Shown: piece after piece, positions 36,701 to 51,700 of the stretch
Layout: each line of letters starts with the position of its first letter
Numbering within the stretch: the stretch's first letter is position 1
Source: the human T2T-CHM13v2.0 reference genome, Homo sapiens
Length of the DNA stretch: 64,000 nucleotides
Assembly: GCF_009914755.1 (NCBI RefSeq)
Contig: NC_060947.1
Reading direction: 5' to 3' (one strand)
Made by a program: the position numbers and the translations under genes
Notes under the pieces: generated by a model
Seen by the model: only the letters and a program-made list of their open reading frames with translations
Database searches by the model: none
Told to the model about the DNA's origin: nothing

Positions 36701-39700
36701 GCCACCCAGTGGTCCAAATATCCACTTGCAGATTCTACAGAAAGAGTGTTTCGAACCTGAACTCTCAAAGGCAGGTTCATCTCTGCGAGTTAAATGCATT
36801 CATCATGAAGAACTTTCTCAGAGTGTTTGTGTTTAGTTATGGGAAATTATTCCCGTTTCCAACGAAATCCTCAGAGAGCTCCAAATATCCACCTGCAGAT
36901 TCTACCAAAAGTGTATTTGGAAACTGCTCCATCAAAAGGCATGTTCAGCTCTGTGCGTGAAACTCCATCGTCACAAAGAATATTCTGAGAATGCTTCCGT
37001 TTGCCTTTTATATGAAGTTCCTTCCTATACGACCGTAGGCCTCAAAGCAGTCCAAATCTCCATTTGCAGATTCTACAAAAAGAGTGATTCCAATCTGCTC
37101 TATCAATAGGATTGTTCAACTCCATGAGTTGAATGCCATCCTCACAAAGTCGTTTCTGAGAATGCTTCTATCTAGTTTTTATGTGAAGATATTTCCTTTT
37201 CCACCACAGGCCTCAAAGCCTTCCAAACGTCCACTTGCAGATTCTCGAAAAAGAGTGTTTCATAGCTGCTCTTTCAAAAGGAAAGTTCAACTCTGGGAGT
37301 TGAATACAAACATCACAAAGTAGTTTCCGAGAATGCTTCTGTTTAGTTTTTATGTGAAGATGATCCCGTTTCCAGTGAAATCTTCAAAGAGGTCCACATA
37401 TCCCCTTGCAGATTCCAAAGAAAGAGGGTTTCAAAACTGCTCCATCAGAAGGATTGTTCAACTCTGTGAGTTGAATGCAGTCATCGCAGAAAACTTTCTG
37501 AGAATGCTTCTGTCTAGGTTTGATGTGAAGATATAGACGTTTCAAATGAAGGCTACAAAGTGGTCAAAATATACACTTGCAGATTCTACTACAAGGGTGT
37601 TGCAAACCTGAACTATCAAAGGAAGGTTCAACTCTGTGAGTTGAATACAAACATCACAAAGAATGTTCTGAGTTTGCTTCCGTTCAGTTATGGGAAGTTG
37701 ATCCCGTTTCCAACGAAATCCTCAGAGAGGTCCAAATATCCCCTTGCAGATTCTACAAAACGTGTGTTTGGAAACTGCTCCATCATAACGAATGTCCAGC
37801 TCCCTGAGTTAAACTCCATCGTCACAAAGAATTTTCTGAGAGTGCTACCGTCTGGTTTTTATATGAAGTTCTTTCCTTCACTACCACAGGCCTCAAAGCG
37901 GTCCAAATCTCCACTTGCAGATTCTACAAAAAGAGTGTTTGCAAACTGCTCTATCAAAAGGAATGTTCAACTCTGGGAGTTGAATGCAATCATCACAGAG
38001 CAGTTTCTGAGAATGCTTCTATGTCGTTTTTAGGAGAAGATATTTCCTTTTCCAACACAGTCCTCCAAGCCCGCTAAATAGCCACTTGCACATTGTAGAA
38101 AAAGTGTGTCAAAGCTGCGCTATCAAAGGGAAAGTTCAACTCTGTGAGGTGAATGCAAACATCCCAAAGAAGTTTCTGAGAATGCTTCCGTTTAGCTTTT
38201 AGGTGAAGATTATCCCGTTTCCAACGAAACCTTCAAAGAGGTCCAAATATCCCCTTGCGGATCCCACAGAAAGAGTGTTTCGAAACTGCTGTTTCAAAAG
38301 GAATCTTCAACTCTGTGAGTTGAATGCAATCATCACAAAGAAGTTTCTGACAATGCTTCTCTCTCGTCTTTCTGTGAAGATAAAGGAAAAGGCTTTCAGG
38401 CCTGTTCCACCACAGGCCTGAAAGCGCTCCAAATGTCCACTTGCAGATTCTGCGAAAAGAATATTTCAAAACTGCTCTATGAAAAGCAATGTTAAACTCT
38501 GTGGCTGGAACACAAACATCACAAAGCGGTTTCTGAGAATGTTTCAGTTTAGTTTTTCTGTGGAAATATTCCCGTTTCCAAAGAAATCTTCAAAGAGGTC
38601 CACGTATCCACTTACAGATTCTACAAAAAGACAGTTTCAAAACTGCTCCATCAAAAGGAGGGTTCAACTGTGTGACTTGAATGCAATCATCACTCAGAAG
38701 TTTCTGAGAATGCTTCTCTTTAGTTTTTACGTGAACATATACCCGTTTCGAACGAAGGCCACCCAGTGGTCCAAATATCCACTTGCAGATTCTACAGAAA
38801 GAGTGTTTCGAACCTGAACTCTCAAAGGCAGGTTCATCTCTGCGAGTTAAATGCATTCATCATGAAGAACTTTCTCAGAGTGTTTGTGTTTAGTTATGGG
38901 AAATTATTCCCGTTTCCAACGAAATCCTCAGAGAGCTCCAAATATCCACCTGCAGATTCTACCAAAAGTGTATTTGGAAACTGCTCCATCAAAAGGCATG
39001 TTCAGCTCTGTGAGTGAAACTACATCATCACAAAGAATATTCTGAGAATGCTTCCGTTTGCCTTTTATATGAAGTTCCTTCCTATACGACCGTAGGCCTC
39101 AAAGCAGTCCAAATCTCCATTTGCAGATTCTACAAAAAGAGTGATTCCAATCTGCTCTATCAATAGGACTGTTCAACTCCATGAGTTGAATGCCATCCTC
39201 ACAAAGTCGTTTCTGAGAATGCTTCTATCTAGTTTTTATGTGAAGATATTTCCTTTTCCACCACAGGCCTCAAAGCCCTCCAAACGTCCACTTGCAGATT
39301 CTCGAAAAAGAGTGTTTCATAGCTGCTCTTTCAAAAGGAAAGTTCAACTCTGGGAGTTGAATACAAACATCACAAAGTAGTTTCCGAGAATGCTTCTGTT
39401 TAGTTTTTATGTGAAGATGATCCCGTTTCCAGTGAAATCTTCAAAGAGGTCCACATATCCCCTTGCAGATTCCAAAGAAAGAGGGTTTCAAAACTGCTCC
39501 ATCAGAAGGATTGTTCAACTCTGTGAGTTGAATGCAGTCATCGCAGAAAACTTTCTGAGAATGCTTCTGTCTAGGTTTGATGTGAAGATATAGACGTTTC
39601 AAACGAAGGCTACAAAGTGGTCAAAATATACACTTGCAGATTCTACTACAAGGGTGTTGCAAACCTGAACTATCAAAGGAAGGTTCAACTCTGTGAGTTG

Positions 39701-42700
39701 AATACAAACATCACAAAGAATGTTCTGAGTTTGCTTCCGTTCAGTTATGGGAAGTTGATCCCGTTTCCAACGAAATCCTCAGAGAGGTCCAAATATCCCC
39801 TTGCAGATTCTACAAAACGTGTGTTTGGAAACTGCTCCATCATAACGAATGTTCAGCTCCCTGAGTTAAACTCCATCGTCACAAAGAATTTTCTGAGAGT
39901 GCTACCGTCTGGTTTTTATATGAAGTTCTTTCCTTCACTACCACAGGCCTCAAAGCGGTCCAAATCTCCACTTGCAGATTCTACAAAAAGAGTGTTTGCA
40001 AACTGCTCTATCAAAAGGAATGTTCAACTCTGGGAGTTGAATGCAATCATCACAGAGCAGTTTCTGAGAATGCTTCTATGTCGTTTTTAGGAGAAGATAT
40101 TTCCTTTTCCAACACAGTCCTCCAAGCCCGCTAAATAGCCACTTGCACATTGTAGAAAAAGTGTGTCAAAGCTGCGCTATCAAAGGGAAAGTTCAACTCT
40201 GTGAGGTGAATGCAAACATCCCAAAGAAGTTTCTGAGAATGCTTCCGTTTAGCTTTTAGGTGAAGATTATCCCGTTTCCAACGAAACCTTCAAAGAGGTC
40301 CAAATATCCCCTTGCGGATCCCACAGAAAGAGTGTTTCGAAACTGCTGTTTCAAAAGGAATCTTCAACTCTGTGAGTTGAATGCAATCATCACAAAGAAG
40401 TTTCTGACAATGCTTCTCTCTCGTCTTTCTGTGAAGATAAAGGAAAAGGCTTTCAGGCCTGTTCCACCACAGGCCTGAAAGCACTCCAAATGTCCACTTG
40501 CAGATTCTGCCAAAAGAATATTTCAAAACTGCTCTATGAAAAGCAATGTTAAACTCTGTGGCTGGAACACAAACATCACAAAGCGGTTTCTGAGAATGTT
40601 TCAGTTTAGTTTTTCTGTGGAAATATTCCCGTTTCCAAAGAAATCTTCAAAGAGGTCCACGTATCCACTTACAGATTCTACAAAAAGACAGTTTCAAAAC
40701 TGCTCCATCAAAAGGAGGGTTCAACTGTGTGACTTGAATGCAATCATCACTCAGAAGTTTCTGAGAATGCTTCTCTTTAGTTTTTACGTGAACATATACA
40801 CGTTTCGAACGAAGGCCACCCAGTGGTCCAAATATCCACTTGCAGATTCTACAGAAAGAGTGTTTCGAACCTGAACTCTCAAAGGCAGGTTCATCTCTGC
40901 GAGTTAAATGCATTCATCATGAAGAACTTTCTCAGAGTGTTTGTGTTTAGTTATGGGAAATTATTCCCGTTTCCAACGAAATCCTCAGAGAGCTCCAAAT
41001 ATCCACCTGCAGATTCTACCAAAAGTGTATTTGGAAACTGCTCCATCAAAAGGCATGTTCAGCTCTGTGAGTGAAACTCCATCATCACAAAGAATATTCT
41101 GAGAATGCTTCCGTTTGCCTTTTATATGAAGTTCCTTCCTATACGACCGTAGGCCTCAAAGCAGTCCAAATCTCCATTTGCAGATTCTACAAAAAGAGTG
41201 ATTCCAATCTGCTCTATCAATAGGATTGTTCAACTCCATGAGTTGAATGCCATCCTCACAAAGTAGTTTCTGAGAATGCTTCTATCTAGTTTTTATGTGA
41301 AGATATTTCCTTTTCCACCACAGGCCTCAAAGCCCTCCAAACGTCCACTTGCAGATTCTCGAAAAAGAGTGTTTCATAGCTGCTCTTTCAAAAGGAAAGT
41401 TCAACTCTGGGAGTTGAATACAAACATCACAAAGTAGTTTCCGAGAATGCTTCTGTTTAGTTTTTATGTGAAGATGATCCCGTTTCCAGTGAAATCTTCA
41501 AAGAGGTCCACATATCCCCTTGCAGATTCCAAAGAAAGAGGGTTTCAAAACTGCTCCATCAGAAGGATTGTTCAACTCTGTGAGTTGAATGCAGTCATCG
41601 CAGAAAACTTTCTGAGAATGCTTCTGTCTAGGTTTGATGTGACGATATAGACGTTTCAAACGAAGGCTACAAAGTGGTCAAAATATACACTTGCAGATTC
41701 TACTACAAGGGTGTTGCAAACCTGAACTATCAAAGGAAGGTTCAACTCTGTGAGTTGAATACAAACATCACAAAGAATGTTCTGAGTTTGCTTCCGTTCA
41801 GTTATGGGAAGTTGATCCCGTTTCCAACGAAATCCTCAGAGAGGTCCAAATATCCCCTTGCAGATTCTACAAAACGTGTGTTTGGAAACTGCTCCATCAT
41901 AACGAATGTTCAGCTCCCTGAGTTAAACTCCATCGTCACAAAGAATTTTCTGAGAGTGCTACCGTCTGGTTTTTATATGAAGTTCTTTCCTTCACTACCA
42001 CAGGCCTCAAAGCGGTCCAAATCTCCACTTGCAGATTCTACAAAAAGAGTGTTTGCAAACTGCTCTATCAAAAGGAATGTTCAACTCTGGGAGTTGAATG
42101 CAATCATCACAGAGCAGTTTCTGAGAATGCTTCTATGTCGTTTTTAGGAGAAGATATTTCCTTTTCCAACACAGTCCTCCAAGCCCGCTAAATAGCCACT
42201 TGCACATTGTAGAAAAAGTGAGTCAAAGCTGCGCTATCAAAGGGAAAGTTCAACTCTGTGAGGTGAATGCAAACATCCCAAAGAAGTTTCTGAGAATGCT
42301 TCCGTTTAGCTTTTAGGTGAAGATTATCCCGTTTCCAACGAAACCTTCAAAGAGGTCCAAATATCCCCTTGCGGATCCCACAGAAAGAGTGTTTCAAAAC
42401 TGCTGTTTCAAAAGGAATCTTCAACTCTGTGAGTTGAATGCAATCATCACAAAGAAGTTTCTGACAATGCTTCTCTCTCGTCTTTCTGTGAAGATAAAGG
42501 AAAAGGCTTTCAGGCCTTTTCCACCACAGGCCTGAAAGCGCTCCAAATGTCCACTTGCAGATTCTGCGAAAAGAATATTTCAAAACTGCTCTACGAAAAG
42601 CAATGTTAAACTCTGTGGCTCGAACACAAACATCACAAAGCGGTTTCTGAGAATGCTTCAGTTTAGTTTTTCTGTGGAAATATTCCCGTTTCCAAAGAAA

Positions 42701-45700
42701 TCTTCAAAGAGGTCCACGTATCCACTTACAGATTCTACAAAAAGACAGTTTCAAAACTGCTCCATCAAAAGGAGGGTTCAACTGTGTGACTTGAATGCAA
42801 TCATCACTCAGAAGTTTCTGAGAATGCTTCTCTTTAGTTTTTACGTGAACATATACCCGTTTCGAACGAAGGCCACCCAGTGGTCCAAATATCCACTTGC
42901 AGATTCTACAGAAAGAGTGTTTCGAACCTGAACTCTCAAAGGCAGGTTCATCTCTGCGAGTTAAATGCATTCATCATGAAGAACTTTCTCAGAGTGTTTG
43001 TGTTTAGTTATGGGAAATTATTCCCGTTTCCAACGAAATCCTCAGAGAGCTCCAAATATCCACCTGCAGATTCTACCAAAAGTGTATTTGGAAACTGCTC
43101 CATCAAAAGGCATGTTCAGCTCTGTGAGTGAAACTCCATCATCACAAAGAATATTCTGAGAATGCTTCCGTTTGCCTTTTATATGAAGTTCCTTCCTATA
43201 CGACCGTAGGCCTCAAAGCAGTCCAAATCTCCATTTGCAGATTCTACAAAAAGAGTGATTCCAATCTGCTCTATCAATAGGATTGTTCAACTCCATGAGT
43301 TGAATGCCATCCTCACAAAGTCGTTTCTGAGAATGCTTCTATCTAGTTTTTATGTGAAGATATTTCCTTTTCCACCACAGGCCTCAAAGCCCTCCAAACG
43401 TCCACTTGCAGATTCTCGAAAAAGAGTGTTTCATAGCTGCTCTTTCAAAAGGAAAGTTCAACTCTGGGAGTTGAATACAAACATCACAAAGTAGTTTCCG
43501 AGAATGCTTCTGTTTAGTTTTTATGTGAAGATGATCCCGTTTCCAGTGAAATCTTCAAAGAGGTCCACATATCCCCTTGCAGATTCCAAAGAAAGAGGGT
43601 TTCAAAACTGCTCCATCAGAAGGATTGTTCAACTCTGTGAGTTGAATGCAGTCATCGCAGAAAACTTTCTGAGAATGCTTCTGTCTAGGTTTGATGTGAA
43701 GATATAGACGTTTCAAACGAAGGCTACAAAGTGGTCAAAATATACACTTGCAGATTCTACTACAAGGGTGTTGCAAACCTGAACTATCAAAGGAAGGTTC
43801 AACTCTGTGAGTTGAATACAAACATCACAAAGAATGTTCTGAGTTTGCTTCCGTTCAGTTATGGGAAGTTGATCCCGTTTCCAACGAAATCCTCAGAGAG
43901 GTCCAAATATCCCCTTGCAGATTCTACAAAACGTGTGTTTGGAAACTGCTCCATCATAACGAATGTTCAGCTCCCTGAGTTAAACTCCATCGTCACAAAG
44001 AATTTTCTGAGAGTGCTACCGTCTGGTTTTTATATGAAGTTCTTTCCTTCACTACCACAGGCCTCAAAGCGGTCCAAATCTCCACTTGCAGATTCTACAA
44101 AAAGAGTGTTTGCAAACTGCTCTATCAAAAGGAATGTTCAACTCTGGGAGTTGAATGCAATCATCACAGAGCAGTTTCTGAGAATGCTTCTATGTCGTTT
44201 TTAGGAGAAGATATTTCCTTTTCCAACACAGTCCTCCAAGCCCGCTAAATAGCCACTTGCACATTGTAGAAAAAGTGTGTCAAAGCTGCGCTATCAAAGG
44301 GAAAGTTCAACTCTGTGAGGTGAATGCAAACATCCCAAAGAAGTTTCTGAGAATGCTTCCGTTTAGCTTTTAGGTGAAGATTATCCCGTTTCCAACGAAA
44401 CCTTCAAAGAGGTCCAAATATCCCCTTGCGGATCCCACAGAAAGAGTGTTTCGAAACTGCTGTTTCAAAAGGAATCTTCAACTCTGTGAGTTGAATGCAA
44501 TCATCACAAAGAAGTTTCTGACAATGCTTCTCTCTCGTCTTTCTGTGAAGATAAAGGAAAAGGCTTTCAGGCCTTTTCCACCACAGGCCTGAAAGCGCTC
44601 CAAATGTCCACTTGCAGATTCTGCCAAAAGAATATTTCAAAACTGCTCTATGAAAAGCAATGTTAAACTCTGTGGCTGGAACACAAACATCACAAAGCGG
44701 TTTCTGAGAATGTTTCAGTTTAGTTTTTCTGTGGAAATATTCCCGTTTCCAAAGAAATCTTCAAAGAGGTCCACGTATCCACTTACAGATTCTACAAAAA
44801 GACAGTTTCAAAACTGCTCCATCAAAAGGAGGGTTCAACTGTGTGACTTGAATGCAATCATCACTCAGAAGTTTCTGAGAATGCTTCTCTTTAGTTTTTA
44901 CGTGAACATATACCCGTTTCGAACGAAGGCCACCCAGTGGTCCAAATATCCACTTGCAGATTCTACAGAAAGAGTGTTTCGAACCTGAACTCTCAAAGGC
45001 AGGTTCATCTCTGCGAGTTAAATGCATTCATCATGAAGAACTTTCTCAGAGTGTTTGTGTTTAGTTATGGGAAATTATTCCCGTTTCCAACGAAATCCTC
45101 AGAGAGCTCCAAATATCCACCTGCAGATTCTACCAAAAGTGTATTTGGAAACTGCTCCATCAAAAGGCACGTTCAGCTCTGTGAGTGAAACTCCATCATC
45201 ACAAAGAATATTCTGAGAATGCTTCCGTTTGCCTTTTATATGAAGTTCCTTCCTATACGACCGTAGGCCTCAAAGCAGTCCAAATCTCCATTTGCAGATT
45301 CTACAAAAAGAGTGATTCCAATCTGCTCTATCAATAGGATTGTTCAACTCCATGAGTTGAATGCCATCCTCACAAAGTCGTTTCTGAGAATGCTTCTATC
45401 TAGTTTTTATGTGAAGATATTTCCTTTTCCACCACAGGCCTCAAAGCCTTCCAAACGTCCACTTGCAGATTCCCGAAAAAGAGTGTTTCATAGCTGCTCT
45501 TTCAAAAGGAAAGTTCAACTCTGGGAGTTGAATACAAACATCACAAAGTAGTTTCCGAGAATGCTTCTGTTTAGTTTTTATGTGAAGATGATCCCGTTTC
45601 CAGTGAAATCTTCAAAGAGGTCCACATATCCCCTTGCAGATTCCAAAGAAAGAGGGTTTCAAAACTGCTCCATCAGAAGGATTGTTCAACTCTGTGAGTT

Positions 45701-48700
45701 GAATGCAGTCATCGCAGAAAACTTTCTGAGAATGCTTCTGTCTAGGTTTGATGTGAAGATATAGACGTTTCAAACGAAGGCTACAAAGTGGTCAAAATAT
45801 ACACTTGCAGATTCTACTACAAGGGTGTTGCAAACCTGAACTATCAAAGGAAGGTTCAACTCTGTGAGTTGAATACAAACATCACAAAGAATGTTCTGAG
45901 TTTGCTTCCGTTCAGTTATGGGAAGTTGATCCCGTTTCCAACGAAATCCTCAGAGAGGTCCAAATATCCCCTCGCAGATTCTACAAAACGTGTGTTTGGA
46001 AACTGCTCCATCATAAAGAATGTCCAGCTCCCTGAGTTAAACTCCATCGTCACAAAGAATTTTCTGAGAGTGCTACCGTCTGGTTTTTATATGAAGTTCT
46101 TTCCTTCACTACCACAGGCCTCAAAGCGGTCCAAATCTCCACTTGCAGATTCTACAAAAAGAGTGTTTGCAAACTGCTCTATCAAAAGGAATGTTCAACT
46201 CTGGGAGTTGAATGCAATCATCACAGAGCAGTTTCTGAGAATGCTTCTATGTCGTTTTTAGGAGAAGATATTTCCTTTTCCAACACAGTCCTCCAAGCCC
46301 GCTAAATAGCCACTTGCACATTGTAGAAAAAGTGTGTCAAAGCTGCGCTATCAAAGGGAAAGTTCAACTCTGTGAGGTGAATGCAAACATCCCAAAGAAG
46401 TTTCTGAGAATGCTTCCGTTTAGCTTTTAGGTGAAGATTATCCCGTTTCCAACGAAACCTTCAAAGAGGTCCAAATATCCCCTTGCGGATCCCACAGAAA
46501 GAGTGTTTCGAAACTGCTGTTTCAAAAGGAATCTTCAACTCTGTGAGTTGAATGCAATCATCACAAAGAAGTTTCTGACAATGCTTCTCTCTCGTCTTTC
46601 TGTGAAGATAAAGGAAAAGGCTTTCAGGCCTGTTCCACCACAGGCCTGAAAGCGCTCCAAATGTCCACTTGCAGATTCTGCGAAAAGAATATTTCAAAAC
46701 TGCTCTATGAAAAGCAATGTTAAACTCTGTGGCTGGAACACAAACATCACAAAGCGGTTTCTGAGAATGTTTCAGTTTAGTTTTTCTGTGGAAATATTCC
46801 CGTTTCCAAAGAAATCTTCAAAGAGGTCCACGTATCCACTTACAGATTCTACAAAAAGACAGTTTCAAAACTGCTCCATCAAAAGGAGGGTTCAACTGTG
46901 TGACTTGAATGCAATCATCACTCAGAAGTTTCTGAGAATGCTTCTCTTTAGTTTTTACGTGAACATATACACGTTTCGAACGAAGGCCACCCAGTGGTCC
47001 AAATATCCACTTGCAGATTCTACAGAAAGAGTGTTTCGAACCTGAACTCTCAAAGGCAGGTTCATCTCTGCGAGTTAAATGCATTCATCATGAAGAACTT
47101 TCTCAGAGTGTTTGTGTTTAGTTATGGGAAATTATTCCCGTTTCCAACGAAATCCTCAGAGAGCTCCAAATATCCACCTGCAGATTCTACCAAAAGTGTA
47201 TTTGGAAACTGCTCCATCAAAAGGCATGTTCAGCTCTGTGAGTGAAACTCCATCATCACAAAGAATATTCTGAGAATGCTTCCGTTTGCCTTTTATATGA
47301 AGTTCCTTCCTATACGACCGTAGGCCTCAAAGCAGTCCAAATCTCCATTTGCAGATTCTACAAAAAGAGTGATTCCAATCTGCTCTATCAATAGGATTGT
47401 TCAACTCCATGAGTTGAATGCCATCCTCACAAAGTCGTTTCTGAGAATGCTTCTATCTAGTTTTTATGTGAAGATATTTCCTTTTCCACCACAGGCCTCA
47501 AAGCCCTCCAAACGTCCACTTGCAGATTCTCGAAAAAGAGTGTTTCATAGCTGCTCTTTCAAAAGGAAAGTTCAACTCTGGGAGTTGAATACAAACATCA
47601 CAAAGTAGTTTCCGAGAATGCTTCTGTTTAGTTTTTATGTGAAGATGATCCCGTTTCCAGTGAAATCTTCAAAGAGGTCCACATATCCCCTTGCAGATTC
47701 CAAAGAAAGAGGGTTTCAAAACTGCTCCATCAGAAGGATTGTTCAACTCTGTGAGTTGAATGCAGTCATCGCAGAAAACTTTCTGAGAATGCTTCTGTCT
47801 AGGTTTGATGTGAAGATATAGACGTTTCAAACGAAGGCTACAAAGTGGTCAAAATATACACTTGCAGATTCTACTACAAGGGTGTTGCAAACCTGAACTA
47901 TCAAAGGAAGGTTCAACTCTGTGAGTTGAATACAAACATCACAAAGAATGTTCTGAGTTTGCTTCCGTTCAGTTATGGGAAGTTGATCCCGTTTCCAACG
48001 AAATCCTCAGAGAGGTCCAAATATCCCCTTGCAGATTCTACAAAACGTGTGTTTGGAAACTGCTCCATCATAACGAATGTTCAGCTCCCTGAGTTAAACT
48101 CCATCGTCACAAAGAATTTTCTGAGAGTGCTACCGTCTGGTTTTTATATGAAGTTCTTTCCTTCACTACCACAGGCCTCAAAGCGGTCCAAATCTCCACT
48201 TGCAGATTCTACAAAAAGAGTGTTTGCAAACTGCTCTATCAAAAGGAATGTTCAACTCTGGGAGTTGAATGCAATCATCACAGAGCAGTTTCTGAGAATG
48301 CTTCTATGTCGTTTTTAGGAGAAGATATTTCCTTTTCCAACACAGTCCTCCAAGCCCGCTAAATAGCCACTTGCACATTGTAGAAAAAGTGTGTCAAAGC
48401 TGCGCTATCAAAGGGAAAGTTCAACTCTGTGAGGTGAATGCAAACATCCCAAAGAAGTTTCTGAGAATGCTTCCGTTTAGCTTTTAGGTGAAGATTATCC
48501 CGTTTCCAACGAAACCTTCAAAGAGGTCCAAATATCCCCTTGCGGATCCCACAGAAAGAGTGTTTCGAAACTGCTGTTTCAAAAGGAATCTTCAACTCTG
48601 TGAGTTGAATGCAATCATCACAAAGAAGTTTCTGACAATGCTTCTCTCTCGTCTTTCTGTGAAGATAAAGGAAAAGGCTTTCAGGCCTGTTCCACCACAG

Positions 48701-51700
48701 GCCTGAAAGCGCTCCAAATGTCCACTTGCAGATTCTGCGAAAAGAATATTTCAAAACTGCTCTATGAAAAGCAATGTTAAACTCTGTGGCTGGAACACAA
48801 ACATCACAAAGCGGTTTCTGAGAATGTTTCAGTTTAGTTTTTCTGTGGAAATATTCCCGTTTCCAAAGAAATCTTCAAAGAGGTCCACGTATCCACTTAC
48901 AGATTCTACAAAAAGACAGTTTCAAAACTGCTCCATCAAAAGGAGGGTTCAACTGTGTGACTTGAATGCAATCATCACTCAGAAGTTTCTGAGAATGCTT
49001 CTCTTTAGTTTTTACGTGAACATATACACGTTTCGAACGAAGGCCACCCAGTGGTCCAAATATCCACTTGCAGATTCTACAGAAAGAGTGTTTCGAACCT
49101 GAACTCTCAAAGGCAGGTTCATCTCTGCGAGTTAAATGCATTCATCATGAAGAACTTTCTCAGAGTGTTTGTGTTTAGTTATGGGAAATTATTCCCGTTT
49201 CCAAAGAAATCCTCAGAGAGCTCCAAATATCCACCTGCAGATTCTACCAAAAGTGTATTTGGAAACTGCTCCATCAAAAGGCATGTTCAGCTCTGTGAGT
49301 GAAACTCCATCATCACAAAGAATATTCTGAGAATGCTTCCGTTTGCCTTTTATATGAAGTTCCTTCCTATACGACCGTAGGCCTCAAAGCAGTCCAAATC
49401 TCCATTTGCAGATTCTACAAAAAGAGTGATTCCAATCTGCTCTATCAATAGGATTGTTCAACTCCATGAGTTGAATGCCATCCTCACAAAGTCGTTTCTG
49501 AGAATGCTTCTATCTAGTTTTTATGTGAAGATATTTCCTTTTCCACCACAGGCCTCAAAGCCCTCCAAACGTCCACTTGCAGATTCTCGAAAAAGAGTGT
49601 TTCATAGCTGCTCTTTCAAAAGGAAAGTTCAACTCTGGGAGTTGAATACAAACATCACAAAGTAGTTTCCGAGAATGCTTCTGTTTAGTTTTTATGTGAA
49701 GATGATCCCGTTTCCAGTGAAATCTTCAAAGAGGTCCACATATCCCCTTGCAGATTCCAAAGAAAGAGGGTTTCAAAACTGCTCCATCAGAAGGATTGTT
49801 CAACTCTGTGAGTTGAATGCAGTCATCGCAGAAAACTTTCTGAGAATGCTTCTGTCTAGGTTTGATGTGAAGATATAGACGTTTCAAACGAAGGCTACAA
49901 AGTGGTCAAAATATACACTTGCAGATTCTACTACAAGGGTGTTGCAAACCTGAACTATCAAAGGAAGGTTCAACTCTGTGAGTTGAATACAAACATCACA
50001 AAGAATGTTCTGAGTTTGCTTCCGTTCAGTTATGGGAAGTTGATCCCGTTTCCAACGAAATCCTCAGAGAGGTCCAAATATCCCCTCGCAGATTCTACAA
50101 AACGTGTGTTTGGAAACTGCTCCATCATAACGAATGTTCAGCTCCCTGAGTTAAACTCCATCGTCACAAAGAATTTTCTGAGAGTGCTACCGTCTGGTTT
50201 TTATATGAAGTTCTTTCCTTCACTACCACAGGCCTGAAAGCGGTCCAAATCTCCACTTGCAGATTCTACAAAAAGAGTGTTTGCAAACTGCTCTATCAAA
50301 AGGAATGTTCAACTCTGGGAGTTGAATGCAATCATCACAGAGCAGTTTCTGAGAATGCTTCTATGTCGTTTTTAGGAGAAGATATTTCCTTTTCCAACAC
50401 AGTCCTCCAAGCCCGCTAAATAGCCACTTGCACATTGTAGAAAAAGTGTGTCAAAGCTGCGCTATCAAAGGGAAAGTTCAACTCTGTGAGGTGAATGCAA
50501 ACATCCCAAAGAAGTTTCTGAGAATGCTTCCGTTTAGCTTTTAGGTGAAGATTATCCCGTTTCCAACGAAACCTGCAAAGAGGTCCAAATATCCCCTTGC
50601 GGATCCCACAGAAAGAGTGTTTCGAAACTGCTGTTTCAAAAGGAATCTTCAACTCTGTGAGCTGAATGCAATCATCACAAAGAAGTTTCTGACAATGCTT
50701 CTCTCTCGTCTTTCTGTGAAGATAAAGGAAAAGGCTTTCAGGCCTTTTCCACCACAGGCCTGAAAGCGCTCCAAATGTCCACTTGCAGATTCTGCGAAAA
50801 GAATATTTCAAAACTGCTCTATGAAAAGCAATGTTAAACTCTGTGGCTGGAACACAAACATCACAAAGCGGTTTCTGAGAATGTTTCAGTTTAGTTTTTC
50901 TGTGGAAATATTCCCGTTTCCAAAGAAATCTTCAAAGAGGTCCACGTATCCACTTACAGATTCTACAAAAAGACAGTTTCAAAACTGCTCCATCAAAAGG
51001 AGGGTTCAACTGTGTGACTTGAATGCAATCATCACTCAGAAGTTTCTGAGAATGCTTCTCTTTAGTTTTTACGTGAACATATACCCGTTTCGAACGAAGG
51101 CCACCCAGTGGTCCAAATATCCACTTGCAGATTCTACAGAAAGAGTGTTTCGAACCTGAACTCTCAAAGGCAGGTTCATCTCTGCGAGTTAAATGCATTC
51201 ATCATGAAGAACTTTCTCAGAGTGTTTGTGTTTAGTTATGGGAAATTATTCCCGTTTCCAACGAAATCCTCAGAGAGCTCCAAATATCCACCTGCAGATT
51301 CTACCAAAAGTGTATTTGGAAACTGCTCCATCAAAAGGCACGTTCAGCTCTGTGAGTGAAACTCCATCATCACAAAGAATATTCTGAGAATGCTTCCGTT
51401 TGCCTTTTATATGAAGTTCCTTCCTATACGACCGTAGGCCTCAAAGCAGTCCAAATCTCCATTTGCAGATTCTACAAAAAGAGTGATTCCAATCTGCTCT
51501 ATCAATAGGATTGTTCAACTCCATGAGTTGAATGCCATCCTCACAAAGTAGTTTCTGAGAATGCTTCTATCTAGTTTTTATGTGAAGATATTTCCTTTTC
51601 CACCACAGGCCTCAAAGCCCTCCAAACGTCCACTTGCAGATTCTCGAAAAAGAGTGTTTCATAGCTGCTCTTTCAAAAGGAAAGTTCAACTCTGGGAGTT